A stretch of DNA of 63,878 nucleotides, counting the filler, from Choristocarpus tenellus KU-1152 (lineage: Eukaryota > Protista > Phaeophyceae): assembly GCA_964200185.2 (NCBI GenBank). It is 9 parts of 9 records of this genome, joined end to end, with 100 filler letters (N's around TTAATTAATTAA, not from the genome) between each part and the next. Parts side by side here need not be neighbours in the genome. Positions count along the whole stretch, not along the records: positions 1 to 18,414 come from CAXNAD020000555.1; positions 18,515 to 32,025 come from CAXNAD020001466.1; 7 more parts are not named here. The stretch is one strand, 5' to 3'. Numbering within the stretch: the stretch's first letter is position 1; every line of letters begins with the position of its first letter. A program made the translations under genes and the position numbers. The notes under the pieces are model-generated. The model did no database searches. It saw only the letters and a list, made by a program, of their open reading frames with translations, and was not told the DNA's origin. Positions 11,587-24,682 of this stretch are shown piece by piece.

Positions 11587-14500
11587 CTAGTATGTTGACA
11601 CATATCTTACAAGGAAGTAAACTTATGTTTAATTTTTAATTTTTTAAAACTTGTACCACCTTCCCCCTCCTAGTAGACTAGTAGAGAGTAGTACCGTTTT
11701 GTTGCTACAATACCATTTTTTATTTTTGTGACATTTTCAAGAATATATATATATATATATATTGTACTATGATGGTTTCCAAATAAGAATAAAAATATAT
11801 TCTTTTTTGTTTAAAAAAGAAAAGAGGAAAGGTCGATTGCGTGGCACCAGTAGGCAGATGGATGTCTCCATCACTCTGTAGCACTCTGTAAGGGTATCAA
11901 AACGCCACACATGGTATTTCATGTGTGAATAAGCCTTTGGTGCTCTGCAGGCACGTGTGTTCAGTGTGGGTCATCTCCATGTGGTGGCACCTTCCAACCC
12001 CTTGGTTCCCACACTGTGTGTTTGTCTGGCACATTGTCAGGGCGGTGAACCCAGCGAAGTATCAGAAACACATAGATGAAGCCCTAGAGGTGCTTAGAAA
12101 AGGTGAGGACAAAGTATATTAAGAAATCAAGATAGGTAGTGTTTTTGATAGCCCTATGTAACCATGGACACCGTATTCAAGTGCGTTTTGAGTCTTTTGA
12201 GCCTGCGATGATTCTACTTGGTTATAATATTTTTTTGTTTTTTTATTGGTTGGGGTTATTTTTTTATTTCTTCTGTGGGGAGGAGTGGTTGGTTGCTAGT
12301 GCTAGTCTAGCCCGTAGTAGGTAGTAGTATCGGTAGCTCTTCGTTGGTTGAAGGTCAACAAAGACAGTTTTTTTTTAGGTATACCCTTTTTTAACCCTGC
12401 CACCACCTCACCTCTCCCATGGACAAACCCCATGGACACATTCAGGTACTAATAAAAAATGTACTAATAATAATGGTCTCCTGTGAGAATTACATTGTGA
12501 AAAGTACATTGCTCATTTTTTTTTTGTATTCCAGGGTGTATCTACGTTGTGTGAGGCAGGGGTCACCTTAAGTTAATTTGATGGTATCTGACGCATGCAT
12601 ACAAAGTTATAAAATAAGTGTACAATTAATTCATAGTTTTCCACGGTCTATAAAAGGTGTACCTGTCTGTGTGCATGAACTATTCCTGTGGATCTCGGCC
12701 TCCTTACTCACATGTCCACTTCCCCACCAACAAAATCTAGAGAGGTCTGTCTATGTGGGAACACTCCCTTTCTGTTGCAATGTTGCTTCTTTTTTTTTGG
12801 GCGGGGGGTATGTTGCATTAGTGTTGGTAGAGAGGTAGAAGGGATGTTTGACTGTTGTTGAATGCACAAACTGAAGACCCCTGTGTGCTCTTCTTCCATC
12901 CCTAACCCTCAAGCTCGTTGTCCCTCCAAAGTTTGTGAAGTGACTTCCAGGTTACAATTATCTGCATTATGATGCTAAAGTTGTGTGGATTGGCCTGGGA
13001 GGGAGCATAGGGTGCAGATGGAACGGAGTTGGGGAAGGGGAGAGGGGGGGCGGGGGCAACTGAGGAGTGGGAGAGTGGCATGGGTAATCTCAGCGGAGGT
13101 GATGACAGATACGTAAAGGCGCTTGTTGTCGGCAGTGGTTGTGCCTTTGTTATGGTGGGTGGTGCTGTGTCTAGTGTGTCTCGAAGCATTGATGGTTGGG
13201 GCACAATTTCTTAAATATTTTGTTTGTGTATTTTTTCAATTGATTTTGTTTTTGTATTGGTACTCCTTTTCTTTCCGTCAAGTTTTTTTTTTTTAATGTG
13301 TGTGAGAGGAAGTATTATTGTTTTTTTGTTGGTGAGCTGAAGTGCTGCCATGGCTGCTGTGGTGTCTGATGGAATGAGGGGAATGTGACTGTGAAGGCTT
13401 TAGTGATAAAAAAACAGAAGATATGTGTTATTATTATTTTTTTCTTTGATAAGATTTGAATGCAGAGAGAGATGAATGCAGAGAGAGGGAGAGAGAGAGA
13501 GAGTGCATGCTGTTTTGTGTTGTACCCAATCCATTGTCAGATTTTGATTGCCAAATTACGTTCCTTGTCGTGGAGAATTGACACGTTGGTTCACTCTTGT
13601 CCTCTTTGACACTTGGTGGAATGACTGAAGGGGGAGGGGGGAATTTCATGGCATGGGACATTGTCGAAGCAGGGTGCTGTGTGCCTGATGTGTCCAGCCA
13701 GTCGACCGCTGGTTTTCCATGTCGTGCGGAAGGGACTGAGAATATCACTACCTGAGTTTCCCAGTCGACTGGCTCTTTATATCTGTTTAATTGTGTATCT
13801 GTGTGTAGTGATGTGCTGGTCTACAGTGTAAGTGAATAGTAGCTTCTGCTTTTTGCTGGTCTCTGATTGGTTGGTTATGTTTTCCGTTTCCTTCTCCTCC
13901 CCCCGACCCCCCTCCCATCACTCTACTCGCCCTAGGTCAGTATTTCCATGTATGGTGCTTTTTTTGTTAATTGATCTTGTCCGTATTTTCCTGTATTTTA
14001 CGTCCATCTCTGTACCTACACCTGTGAAAGTGTTGTCATTGTTGTGGAAGTGGCAGATATGGGAGCACAATGGTGGAAAAGGCGTGTTGGTTTACCTTGA
14101 ATTTACAGTGTTTTGTTTGTGCTGGGGTAGGAGCTCTGGTTCTGCACCTCTGTGCCAGTCGTCTTTGTTCCTTGGAAAGTGCATGTGCATGTGCATATTT
14201 CTAGGGGTTGTTATGTAGGTGACTTTGACTGAAAAAGGAACACAATGTTATAGTATCTTGTTGGTCCACCACCTGTGGAGCAAGGTTGTTCTTTTTTGTA
14301 AAGATTTGTTTGTTTGGGAGGGAAAAAGGGGGATGAGGATGAGGGGGGGGGGCCATGATGCATCACATTCCCCTGACAAATAATAACCCCAATCTTCCAA
14401 GGGAAAATTTGTGTGTTGGCTGGCTGGGCTGTTACAGGGTAGGTGTGTGTACTGTCGGGGCAGGGGGAGGACAGGAGTGGTGCCCTTTTCAGGCAGATAA

Positions 14501-17245
14501 TGTGGCATTTGATTAGTTAATGGGAGTAATAATATGATAATGTATAACTTGATACCTGTTGTACATGGATTGCAGCAGTAGCATTGTTACTGCTACATTT
14601 GGAGAAATGGTGAGCACAGCAAATGGATAAACTTGTATTTGCATGTATGTATATATCTTTTGCTGTGCAATTGTTCCAACTATTTGCAGGTGCTGCCAAA
14701 GGTAATTTTTTACATCCAACCAGCAGGTTTATGCTGTCGATCTAGGTTTGGTCTCATCTCTTGCTAGGAGTTAGTAGTAGGAGACTGGCTTTTTGAATGT
14801 GTCGTACGGTGCATTACCATATTTTACTGGTTAGCCTATTGATGTATGATTATTATGGGAGTCATCACGATCTGATCATTATGTTGGTGTGGCTAAATGT
14901 GCAGTGTGCTTCATAAGGTGGAGCATGTTATGTCAAGATAGGGTCGCCTTCTTTTAGTGGGGGATGAAATAACGATTGATGATGGACAAATGATCGTAAG
15001 GCAGAAGTGGAATTGTGATCCTACTCTCATGGTCAACAGTTGCCTTAGCTTGGCGCGCTGATTGTTGGCATTAGCATGTACTTTGAACTAGGAAAAAAAG
15101 AAAAAACTTCATGTAAAGAAAGCAACACAGCATCAGTAGAATCTGAAGAGGAAAAATCAGATACAGAATACAACAAACTCACCAAAGCACAGCAATGGCA
15201 ATAAAGGTCTATCGTAAGCGCCAAGAAGAGTTCTATTTATATGGAAGCAAAAAAACAAGAAAGCTTAATATTGTAAGGAACACCACAACAGTTGAAACGG
15301 CTCGTATACTGACATTATAAAGGGTGGTTGAGAAGAGAGAGGAGAATAAGAATCAGAGGCAAAGTGAATGAGAGGTACCCAGAGTTGCATTTGAAGGATG
15401 CTGACAAATATTGAAAGTACATGATGTATGTACTCCCTCTGTCCCATAAGTCTGCAACGTCAAAGGTTTAACTTTCTTAGTGAGGTGCTGAGATGTTGTG
15501 TGACTATTGGGGGGCGTTGAATCCATCACTGGGCGCAGCACAGCCGCTGAAAATGGGACCGTAAATGACCGTTTTTTCTATTCCACTTATCAGAACAGAT
15601 TCAGAAACATGTCGGGACAAAATGTCAAAAAAGAGATTTCCTCTTAACAATTATATCCAGATCTTCAATTTGAGCCATGTACCACCTGGGGAGTCGTCAT
15701 ATTAGTGAAGAAACAACCAAAACAAAAGTTGAAAATTCTTTACATCGTAGACTTACGGGACAGAGAGAGTACATACATGCATACATACATAATACTACAC
15801 AATACATTAAAACATACACAAATTGATACACTTGTAGATCTAAGATTAAATTATTGGTATAATATTACTACCAAAGTCGGTTGTTTAGTATGAACATAAA
15901 CCTTTTCCCGTCAGTATCATGATTGATACGCTTTATATTGAATATGTTCAATAGTAGTAGTAATAGTACTATTAATATATATATATATGTATGTAGTACG
16001 TATGTAGTGACCTCCAATAATTCCAACTTCCAATATATTCCCCATACATGACAGGTAGTAGTATAGGGTTCCACTCCATTCGCTACTTGGATTATTGGTT
16101 CTACACTGTTGTGGTGTAAGTGCCAGACAGTTTGTGAATGGAGAACAAAGGTGCACATCTATCTGCAGAAGGAGGTCCAAGTTTGATATTTGACATTGCT
16201 CCTAATCTATGCAGCAGCATATTATAGACGGTATTACTAAATGTGTTAAGGACAACCAATTCTGTGTAAGGAAGGGGGACAGGTGTACCTGGTCAACACA
16301 ACGATAGGGAACAAAAGGGGACGATATGCTACGAGGGACTCTACTACCAGACTTGACGACACTTATTCATCACTGCACTGAGCCAAACCACTTTAGAGGT
16401 AGGCTAGTTTGGGCCCTTTCGCATTCTAGGCCATCTTTCTCACCCTGTGTAATACACTCTATTTCATTGCTATATCTGTGCAATAGTGTACACAAAATTG
16501 ATATTCCCCTTTTCCACACACAGAGTGACACCACAATTCAGCAAGGACTCTTTCTGTAATTGTACTAATTGAAACTATTTGCCCTTTCTCAGGTTCCTTG
16601 AAGTGCCACGCTGCCTACATCTCAGTTGGTTTGACTTGCTCTTGCAGGCTGAAAGCAGTCATTAGGCACTAAAATTAGTCTACACCATAAAAAATTAAAT
16701 CAAAACTGAGTTCAACTATGAAGAGCTCTAGACACTCCAGATGAGTCGAAATTACATCCAAACAAGAACATCAACAAAAGGGGACACGTCTACAAAGAAT
16801 GGGAGGGTAAGCCAAGGAAGAGGATAAAGTACAAGGTAACAGTGGTGGTGAAATGCCACATCACACTCCTACCCCCTAGTTGCACTTTTCAGAGTATAAT
16901 CATCGGCTATTGGTCTGACGAAACCAGTTTGCCACATATAGTTTGGTCTGCAGCAAATTCAGTCTCATTCTTGGACCTTTGCACTGTCTCCTTTCCACTT
17001 TGCCAGGCGTCAAAGTATCTGGGGGGTGGGGTGCCGGCGTCCGTTTTTGACCCCAGGATCACTCGACTGGTTAACTTCTCCTAAGCCCCATTGCAGAGAA
17101 ACTTCAAAGGAGGGGGTGGTCGAATGGAGAGCAAATCAGCCTGTGGGGGGCACGAGAGACCTCAGGAGGTGGTCGTCCGAAGGGGTCTGTATAGGGCTGG
17201 TAGAGTGGAGGGAGATCATTCAGGTGTTCAAGGAGGTCTTAGCGG
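8698..17245 (+). CDS. Tentative spliced gene of unknown function (candidate exons 8698-8771, 9832-9874, 10915-11023, 12041-12102, 17057-17245)
   Basis: AG/GT-bounded open segments with mutually compatible phases giving ...LLDLEGVSILQSCLVSSEEYLVIK-VCCQSLKNSKQIKT-VAHAGDRCHTMTLESNSNSRILLWKIYKWTLVVAVNK-AVNPAKYQKHIDEALEVLRKG...; no homolog recognised; start and stop not found. Confidence 0.35.
15356..15413 (+). mobile_element. Truncated left end of class D MITE
   Basis: GAGGCAAAGTGAATGAGAGGTACCCAGAGTTGCATTTGAAGGATGCTGACAAATATT matches 6097-6155. Confidence 0.8.
15433..15769. mobile_element. Stowaway-like Tc1/mariner MITE (337 bp)
   Basis: TA|CTCCCTCTGTCCCATAAGTCTGCAACGT ... ACATCGTAGACTTACGGGACAGAGAGAG|TA: TIRs with CTCCCTC start and TA TSD. 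Confidence 0.88.
17007..17053. mobile_element. 47-bp micro-MITE (class C) with CAG TSD
   Basis: CAG|GCGTCAAAGTATCTGGGGGGTGGGGTGCCGGCGTCCGTTTTTGACCC|CAG; related inverted copy at 25144-25185. Confidence 0.75.
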
Positions 17246-18086
17246 GTAAGGGCTCACAAGTTGCTGTATTGATGAGATGACACTAAGAAGACAGATTTGA
17301 TCAGCCCTCCAGAACCACAACCTTGGAGAGAAAACATGGGTAAGGGATAATGTCAGAAGCATAACATTGTACACATTTCTTTGTAAGTGAACCACTATTA
17401 CAGGGGACACAGCTGTATATTATTTTAACATCTTTGAACTGAGTGAAGATAGCCATAGCATTTGCCGTACTCCTTGTAACCTGGTTTTGGTTTTTCCCTT
17501 CACACACCTGCAAAATGCCAAGGGCATGATGATACATATTATACAGTGAGGCCTTGGAAACGAGGTTACGGCTGCTTTAAGATGAAGGATACAACGTGTA
17601 TTTATGTGAGAAATAACCAATCGCAAATCAGCCCGTCCATTTTCAGTTTTGATTACCCAGGATTAATCGAGTTGCTACCAACACTAAAGCAACACTACTC
17701 ATTGAATGGAGAGGCGTTGGAATGAGGTATTGTAGTGATGAAATAAATATTTAGTAATGGGATTGCTTTCCCCGACATTTCCGGTTGGAGTGTTGACCGT
17801 TGCGATCGGTACCTTCTCACTCATCGATGACATGATGGCCTCCTTGACCTTGACCTCCTCGAAGAAAGGTGGGATAAGGCTTAGTTGTAGTGTGCAGAGA
17901 ATTTGGGGAGAGCACATACATGTTGATGGAAGCTCAGCGGATTGGATGACATGCAATTTTGTGCTTGTGCAATCGATAAAGATAAACATTGAATGATGCA
18001 CTACATGTTATGATTACTATTCCTGATTCCTTCGAGCATGTTGGTAGTAGTGGGGGACTAATAATAGTTGATATTGTAAGTATATA

Positions 18087-18110
18087 CTCCCTCTGTCCCA
18101 TACGTCTGTG
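18087..18110 (+). mobile_element. Single Stowaway-like TIR (other end not in contig)
   Basis: TA|CTCCCTCTGTCCCATACGTCTG, near-identical to the TIR at 15433. Confidence 0.7.
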
Positions 18111-18414
18111 CCGTTAAGTTGTAGCTCTTCGAGATGATCTCCGAATACAAAAAGGATTTTTGGATTGGAGTCCTTTGAATATTCTACATTACAGTGGGTT
18201 ACCCTATTTTGGGCCAAATATTATGAACCAAATAATAATATTCAATTTTGTACCGCTTTTTTGGACATGCTCAAAATAGGATTTTGTACCGGAATTCTCG
18301 TATTCGGGTGATTTGGCACAAAATGCAAAATATATTCACGCGAGTTTTGGCGCGCGCGCAAATACTTCTCGCGAAAAGTGCCCTTCTTCCTGGGTCATGC
18401 TACCATACAGCAGT

Positions 18415-18514
18415 NNNNNNNNNNNNNNNNNNNNNNNNNNNNNNNNNNNNNNNNNNNNTTAATTAATTAANNNNNNNNNNNNNNNNNNNNNNNNNNNNNN
18501 NNNNNNNNNNNNNN
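18415..18514. other. Artificial contig spacer N44-TTAATTAATTAA-N44 (also 32026-32125, 35238-35337, 40604-40703, 46571-46670, 49626-49725, 56827-56926, 60218-60317)
   Basis: Identical 100-bp spacer eight times; the 12-mer puts stop codons in all six frames. Confidence 0.99.
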
Positions 18515-18570
18515 CATTGTATTTTGGCCCCCAAATGGACGCGACTCTACCCTCTAAGATACTTTGGCTC
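18515..18570. mobile_element. Class A MITE end at contig edge (other edge fragments: 35338-35375, 40704-40768)
   Basis: CCCCAAATGGACGCGACTCTACCCTCTAAGATACTTTGGCTC matches 19120-19163. Confidence 0.85.
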
Positions 18571-18905
18571 TCTGGCCTCCATTCGCTTTTGGGTCCTACC
18601 TTTCTAAGTGCCACCCCGACAATAATAAAATAAACAGCCATCATGTTGTACGAAGGTAAAAAAAATGTGAAGTAAAAGTGTTTTGAATGGGTGCGCAGAG
18701 CAATGACCTGGTGAAGAACCTGGAGGGAGATAAACAACAGCGATACGGATTAACTATCATCTATCGAACCTTCTTCCACATCGATTTGTCGCACCTCTTC
18801 ATTGAATCAAGGTAGATCTCTTCAGTGGCACCAGGTTGTATCTTCCACAGAGAATAAATACATTGTACCTATTATATAGCGAAACAACAGAAGACAAAAA
18901 CAAAA

Positions 18906-19163
18906 GACTGAAAGTATCTTAGAGGGTACGAGTTTTGCCCTGTTTGTCCATTTGAGGGTTGGCTTCCCGTGGGGTTTTTTATGATATTTTCCCACTCCAA
19001 AATGTTTCGGACTAGGTCAAATGTATACGTTATGAAAAGGTGTGTCCAGAACAAGGATACTGACACTTCCTAACAGACACGACAGCCAAATTACATCAAA
19101 ACTGCAACATTGGATTTTGGCCCCCAAATGGACGCTACTCTACCCTCTAAGATACTTTGACTC
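18906..19163. mobile_element. Class A MITE (258 bp), TSD AAA
   Basis: TIR core AAAGTATCTTAGAGGGTA / TACCCTCTAAGATACTTT; multiple copies in window. Confidence 0.9.
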
Positions 19164-19317
19164 AAAAACGCACAGAAGTCAAACTGGAGGTTTCCACCCC
19201 GTCGAAGGCCTGTCATCGGAGAACGACCTTTTCGAAACCGTGAACTTCGGACATCTGCTACTACTGTTTGAGCGTAATCCTGTACAGTGACAGAAAATAC
19301 TTTGGCAGTAGGCACGG

Positions 19318-22300
19318 ATGGATCTTCCCGAATTCCAGGACTTCGTTCCTGAGTGCATAAGGGAGTTGCAAGAGGCATTTAACCTCTTTGATATGAAGGC
19401 TATAGGTGCGCTGCCGCCAGTGATGAATGTTATTTCACTCATCGTCAAAGTTACTGGAGGACATGGACTGGATAAGACCCCTCCTACATACTGAGGATGC
19501 ACCCCGAAGCCAATAAATGTCTCATCTGAACGTCAGGAGAAATCCGGATCAGTGACCTTATCGAGTCGATGCAGACTCTAGGCTTCCATGACAAGAACCC
19601 CATGATGTTCGAGATGATGCTGAAGCTGAAAGCGGAGGATACGGGAGACAGCATCACGTTTGCAGAGTTCGCGGAAAAGTTAACGGCCCTCATCGTGAGT
19701 TCTTACGGGTATATGGCCTACCTTTTGTGCACAATACTCGACCATTACGGCGAGTTATTGAAAGAAGGGATGAGCGTGGGCTTGCCATCATGTCAAAGCA
19801 CTGTTCGACACAACCTTACACCCTCCCACCCCCACGCTCACATTCTTCGATGGCTTGCCATAAAATATCAGCGAGAGGATAAGGAAGAAGCAAATATCAA
19901 GATACTCTTTGGCCTTCTAGACCATGACAATACAGGTAGATGTTTGATGCATACGTCTCTATGGACTGTAAACAATATGATTCACAGTGAGACCAGTTTC
20001 AAAAAGGAATCACCCCGCTTGGGGTGACAAATTCCAGGATGCGATCTCCGATTTATCACAATGTACAGTTATTAAGTGGAACCGACGTCACATTGGCTGC
20101 TTCTGAAAGAGACGATAATTTAGTACGTAACGTTTTGGTACCCAACAAATCGGCCCTTCAAGTTGGTCAGGATGGTGTAAGGTAATATTTGTATATGAAA
20201 TTTTTTTTCTTGCATGTCTCAAATTTTCATACTCCATAGAGCTGCCAAGTATTCCTCAATGTATGAGCGCTTGTCAATGCACCCTGATGAAGTTTACAGG
20301 ATAGCTACTACTTTTCGGTACACTCAGACTTTCTTCGGTGGGCAGTAGTGATGGTGTTCATCTAACTGTATATATGTACTGCGCATTAGTGAGTGCAAGA
20401 CAGGACTCAATCCTTTGGATCACTCTAGGAGAGTGCATACTTCAAAATGCAATGCCCTACTTATTGGTATGTAGGTACTCTTGACTGCCCCTTTAACACT
20501 CATATTTAGCACCAAATCTACTCTATGTTCACTCCTTGCATCAACCATAATACTCTAGAGTACCAAGTGTTGTCACACAAATTCAATATAATTGTGGGGG
20601 TCACCACACCAACGGTAATATTCACTCCAATAGGTGGTCTACGGCATAAACTGAGCCAATAAGATCATTTTCTCCGTAGGTAACCCAACACCCGTAATCC
20701 TATACTACGTAGTACTCACTACTTCTCAAGTACTTTTTAAATAATAAATATTAGTATAACTTTCTATTTGCTTTGAAGTATTGTCTATTGCCTGGGAGTT
20801 CTACCAACTCTGATGTTGCACACACAATATTCTGCTCTCAAACAGGCTCTAAGGCTACTGAAACCTGTGAACATCCTATCAAAGTAGTACCTTGTGAATA
20901 AAACATGCACACTGCACTGTAAGTCATTCAAGAACATAATGAGCCTTAATGTGGGATGAGGGAGATGGCATAGCCTACCATACACTCCAGAATTTTCCAC
21001 ACACTACCAGGTAATATTTCTAGAGAAAATCCAACGCCTCAATCACAATGTTGGGGTGTTGGGGGTGTTGTTAAGAGAACTGATGCCTAACTTGGATTCC
21101 CCTTCCCTCCGTTCTGAAATAGTTGTTGTTACATAGTCGATTGTTGAGTAAGTAAGCAGTTCACTGAAGAAGGGTTTGCTCTGTCAATCAATACCCATTT
21201 TGCTACCAATGTATACATCCAGAGCACTTCAGAGGGTGGGGCTGTGTCTATTCGGGGTCATAAATCCAATGTTGCGATTTGATGTAATTTTGGCTATCGT
21301 GTTTGTTGGCAAGTGTCAATACCCTTGCACTGGACGCACCTTTCACAATCGTGTACAATTTACCTACTCCGACATGTTCCAGAGTAGGAAACTGTGTTAA
21401 CAGAAAACTGTAAAAAGAGCATGAAAAAACCGTGTGAAGTCAAGAACCGAAAGGACAAACAGGGGTAAACTCCTACCCTCTGAAATGCTTTATATCTACT
21501 CTATTCCAGAGTCGACTCTGTTCTAATTTGATTGCTGTTCCTAGAACTCTACAACAGTATATGCTCAGACCCAAAGTGTCTGGGGGGGGGGGGTCTACAC
21601 CAGGGTGTCTATTGGGGTCATAACCAGGAAAAGTGCACTTTCATTTTCCATCCGAGTATGGAATCAAATCACTCAAAAATCGTGACATGAAAAATTTGGC
21701 CCCAAATGGACAGCCGCCACCCCCCCCAGTTACTTTGAGCCTCAATTCCGTCATTTCACAAGCAGAGTAATTTACCATTTCATCATGTCCTAAAAAAGAG
21801 CCTGGATACAATGCTGTTCTAACAAAACGATTACCTCTCCTCTGAGCATTGAAGCATAAGTATTGATAGCAAGTGTAGCCCTTGGGTTGAGGATGCTGAG
21901 CAAGCTTTGTGGCTCTCAAGCGAACACTCATCCACGATTTTCATGGTGGCAGAGGTGTTCCATTTATGCAAACTGAGCGCCGCACTTTCAAACAATTATG
22001 GTGCGAGTGTGACTCTCTTGTTGTATGTAGATAACAATAAGTTTAATTCTTGCCCCCATTACATTCAGGGAGGATTAGTGTGGCAAACATGAGAGAAATT
22101 GCAAAGGAGTTCGGGGATACCTTGAGTGGTAAGTGAAAAGGGGGAGTGGTTCCACTGTCTGTCCCTGTTGGCTGGATTGGTTGTAGATGTTTTGTTTCAC
22201 TCACATATATGGCGCACCAGAGATTACCTTCTTCTGTACAGTAACACTTGTTCATGTCAACAGTGCAAAGAGTTCTATGGGTTGTCTAGAAACCAACTTG

Positions 22301-23658
22301 AAATGCCTGTGTAAGGTACTTGAAATGTTGAACAAATACATGGTGTCAACTTGGAGCTCTTCTCCGTGCAAAAGATCTTCAAAGCAGCAGGGTCAAGAGA
22401 TTGCTGATATTGCTATAGCATCTGTCTCTCTGTGAATTGAGATATTTACTTTAATCACTACACTGAGGTATTGGCAAGCTAAAACCGACTACGTAGTACC
22501 CTCTCATGTCATGCCATTCCAAAAATGCCCGGGTGGATGCCCTGGTTGGGTCCTGGTATGTAGATGCGGAGCTGTTGAAGATGGTCGACATAGCCAAGCA
22601 AGACAACTTTAACGAAAATGTTGGCACAGGAGAAGACGATTCCAACCAGGTACACTCCGAATTGTTTGCGTGCTTTTTTGCCTTGAGAAAAAATTCATCA
22701 TCCAAGTGAGTAGCACCTTGTGGGGCCATAGGCCAATAGGATACCGGAACATTGCAATGCTGCCGTAATGAGCGAACACATTGTTCAGCCCGAGTTGTTG
22801 ACCTTGTGACATTTACTCAGTAACTCACCAAGCATCCAACTGTCGAAAGGGAGACATTTTCTTTACATCTGAAGTATGTTGTAGGGAGATGTTTTTATTG
22901 CACCTGAAAGCATGTTGTTGTGTATTGCGGATCGGAGCGGAGCTTTTCCAATCCCGCAGGGACTTCCTTTCAAGGTGAGATATAGCACAATTTTATCTTT
23001 GTCCATGCTCTTTAGACGTGTAATTGGAGGAGCCCTCCAACGAAATTATCAGAAATGGTAGGTAGGTAGCTGGCTGGACGGGTAGGTAGCGTCATTGTTG
23101 CACCCTAAATCGCATGAATGCGACCTTGGTAATCTCTCCACTTTTCCATCTAATAGAGCCATTTTCACGAAAATATATGGCGTGATTGTTTTTGTTTTTT
23201 CCAGTCTACCTAAAAAAAAAACGGAGATGGAAGGGAAAGCGGGAAGTAGAACGATAGTTAAATGCATCCTCTGCTTCGTGTCAGCCAGTAACTACAAATA
23301 CGTTTTGTAGGTGGGGAGAGAAGTCACTGGCTCCACATCAGATGTGAGTCAATGGGGGACATATCAGGGTGAGATGTTAGATAAGAGTTAAAGGAGTAAA
23401 GAGGCATAACACACGACCGTTACTGACAAGAGAAGCAACATCATACGCGCACGGTAGACTCTATAGATGAGATGTGACAGGTTTCAGATCGCATTTACTT
23501 GTATGTAGTTGACAAAACTACAGCTGAGATTCACTTCTTCACAGGTGTCCTTCGAAGAGTTTTCTGAGCTAATGGCAAAAGCTAAGAACTCTGGCCCAAG
23601 AGGTGACAGTACTCGTGGGGATGTGGGGAGTGGCATACGGTGTAAAACAGTTTATTGA
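19318..23658 (+). CDS. Centrin/caltractin-like EF-hand protein, about 189 aa; exons 19318-19405, 19537-19694, 19872-19935, 22069-22128, 22564-22649, 23545-23658
   Basis: Phase-consistent GT-AG splicing gives ELQEAFNLFD..GEIRISDLIESMQTLGFHDKNPMMFEM..ITFAEF..LFGLLDHDNTGRISVANMREIAKEFGDTLSDAELLKMVD..VSFEEFSELM, the centrin pattern; last exon end could be spliced further. Confidence 0.88.
21216..21496. mobile_element. Diverged class A MITE in centrin intron 3
   Basis: Internal sequence matches 60692-60949 (ATCCAATGTTG..GATGTAATTTTGGCTAT..GTGTCAATACC..GGACAAACAGGG); degenerate TIRs. Confidence 0.75.
21568..21741. mobile_element. Class B MITE (174 bp), TSD TCA
   Basis: TCA|GACCCAAAGTGTCTGGGG...CCCCAGTTACTTTGAGCC|TCA. 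Confidence 0.9.
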
Positions 23659-24682
23659 AAGTGCTGTCTACATACAGAAAAAGGATAAGTACAACGGGAA
23701 ATACTTCATTGAGGGCGAGGATAGTTGATTGCCAAATAGAAACTAGTTTAACAACAAACACATGAACGTATAGGCTTACAAGGAGAAGAAAGGCAGGGGT
23801 GAGGTCATGCACTGAGGCAGTGACGGATATCACGGTGGGAGAATGAGGTCCCAGCATTCGAAAGATACTACACTATGGATCGTTGTTTTTTGTCGTTGTG
23901 TTTTCTTGGTGAATGCTCAGTGACCAAATACGACTTAAGGGCACCAATTATATAATTTTGCAAACTGCAAAAAAGGAGGATGCGAAAAGAGCAGAAGAAG
24001 GCATACATTTTGGTCTGTGCTACAGACTCTCAGAGAAGGTTGCTTAGAATTAGTGTGCTGGCACTTGATGACCGAAATTGAGGTGGAGACCAAAAGGCTC
24101 TATGTGTGTTGGGGCCGGGGGGGCATTTGGAGGATTTGGTAGAGTACACAAAGACCGCAGATATCATAGACAAAACAACATGAGGAGGCAACACGATTCT
24201 CAAAAGAGAAGCTGGCAATCGCTATGCCAACTCCAATGGCACTTCCCTGGTTTGATCAAGGGAGCATAACATCAGGCATGTGAGAAATTCCCTGATATAG
24301 GAAGGTCTTGCTACAATGTAAAAACTTGAAGTAGGACCAGAAGAGAGTGACAATACTGGCCAGGTGTGTATCAATGGAAAACGAGCACCCAGGGCACAAT
24401 CTGACGACCTTTGATGTCGACACTACGCCCATACAAACGCTGCGCCTGTCAATTTCTGCTCGAATCTGGTGCTTCCCATAATAATCAAAGCTGCGAGAGT
24501 TCATGCTTGATTTAAACAAGGTCGATCCCCAGTAGGAGAACATCTTCACTCAGCGCTTTTGCGCTGGTGTTGTGTCGACATTGTGTCTTAAGGTGAAATT
24601 GCTTTGGTCCGAATGGAAATAAAATGTGAGGAATTGTTGAAGTTATTGCAATCTCCCTCCCTTCTCATTTAGTTCAACTGCC

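Noticed and set aside
12391-12565. piggyBac-like MITE (TTAA|CCCTGCC...GGCAGGG)
   Set aside because: IR only about 7-10 bp, right TSD is not TTAA, no second copy in the window
17699-18001. Minus-strand ORF EVKVKEAIMSSMSEKVPIATV as a gene exon
   Set aside because: Coding-like but no recognisable homology or linkable neighbouring exons
18459-18470. TTAATTAATTAA motif recurring eight times
   Set aside because: Always centred in N44 pads: an artificial contig linker, not biology; ORFs running through Ns are artefacts
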